Positions 63,651-64,000 of a stretch of DNA of 64,000 bases are shown here, one piece after another. Source of the DNA: Octopus sinensis. Taxonomy: Eukaryota. Position 1 is the stretch's first letter; every line of letters begins with the position of its first letter. The stretch covers positions 17,918,001 to 17,982,000 of the forward strand of contig NC_043000.1 in NCBI RefSeq assembly GCF_006345805.1. The letters are read 5' to 3'. Below the pieces are notes generated by a model that saw only the letters and a list, made by a program, of their open reading frames with translations, was not told the origin of the DNA and did no database searches. Position numbers and translations under genes: made by a program.

Positions 63651-63906
63651 TTTCTGATATATTTTGATTTTGATTTGATTTGATTTTCTAAATATTAAAG
63701 GGTTAATCAACCACTTGCCCTTCCCAAAATGTGTCACCTTGTGTGTATGTTCAGATCAATACATTATTTATAGGTGAAAATTTATCAACGATACAAAATA
63801 CTGGTGAAACCATATGTATGAGAAGATGATAGTTTTTAGACGGAGGACACCTTGCTAGTTTAATCATTTTAATATCTGCTCCATCAATGGTATATTATGG
63901 TATACT

Positions 63907-64000
63907 GTGGAGGCGCAATGGCCCAGTGGTTAGGACAGCAGACTCGCAGTTTTGATTCCCAGACCAGGCGTTGTGTTTATTGAGCGAAAACACCTAAAGC
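63907..64000 (+). mobile_element. SINE family C head (window-truncated, internally deleted)
   Basis: TGGAGGCGCAATGGCCCAGTGGTTAGG..GATTCCCAGACC. Confidence 0.75.

Overview
AT-rich, repeat-dense animal genomic DNA. The repeat families look like those of coleoid cephalopods, most likely Octopus; this is an inference, not checked by search. Two partial, convergently transcribed intron-containing genes were reconstructed by hand from splice sites and frames. (1) DUS4L-like tRNA-dihydrouridine synthase, + strand, last five coding exons (7872-41424); the 5' exons were not found and probably lie upstream of the window. (2) EMC3/TMEM111 (ER membrane protein complex subunit 3), - strand, last five coding exons (62193-51548); the 5' exons were not found in the window. 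The rest is mostly three tRNA-derived SINE families, 5'-truncated RTE, CR1 and RLE-type LINE pieces, Penelope-like relics, non-autonomous Helitrons, mariner/pogo/hAT MITEs, one solo LTR and long microsatellites. Almost every ORF in the supplied track is a repeat or microsatellite artefact. I see no complete new multi-gene system. The most unusual structures are: a ~0.5 kb intra-intronic duplication in EMC3 that starts exactly at the splice donor and now sits behind a branch/poly-T/AG motif (candidate recursive splice site); a 7 x 231 bp satellite built from a dead RTE reverse-transcriptase segment; and SINE multimers that share the same junction at separate loci. Transposon edges without TSD/TIR support are approximate.
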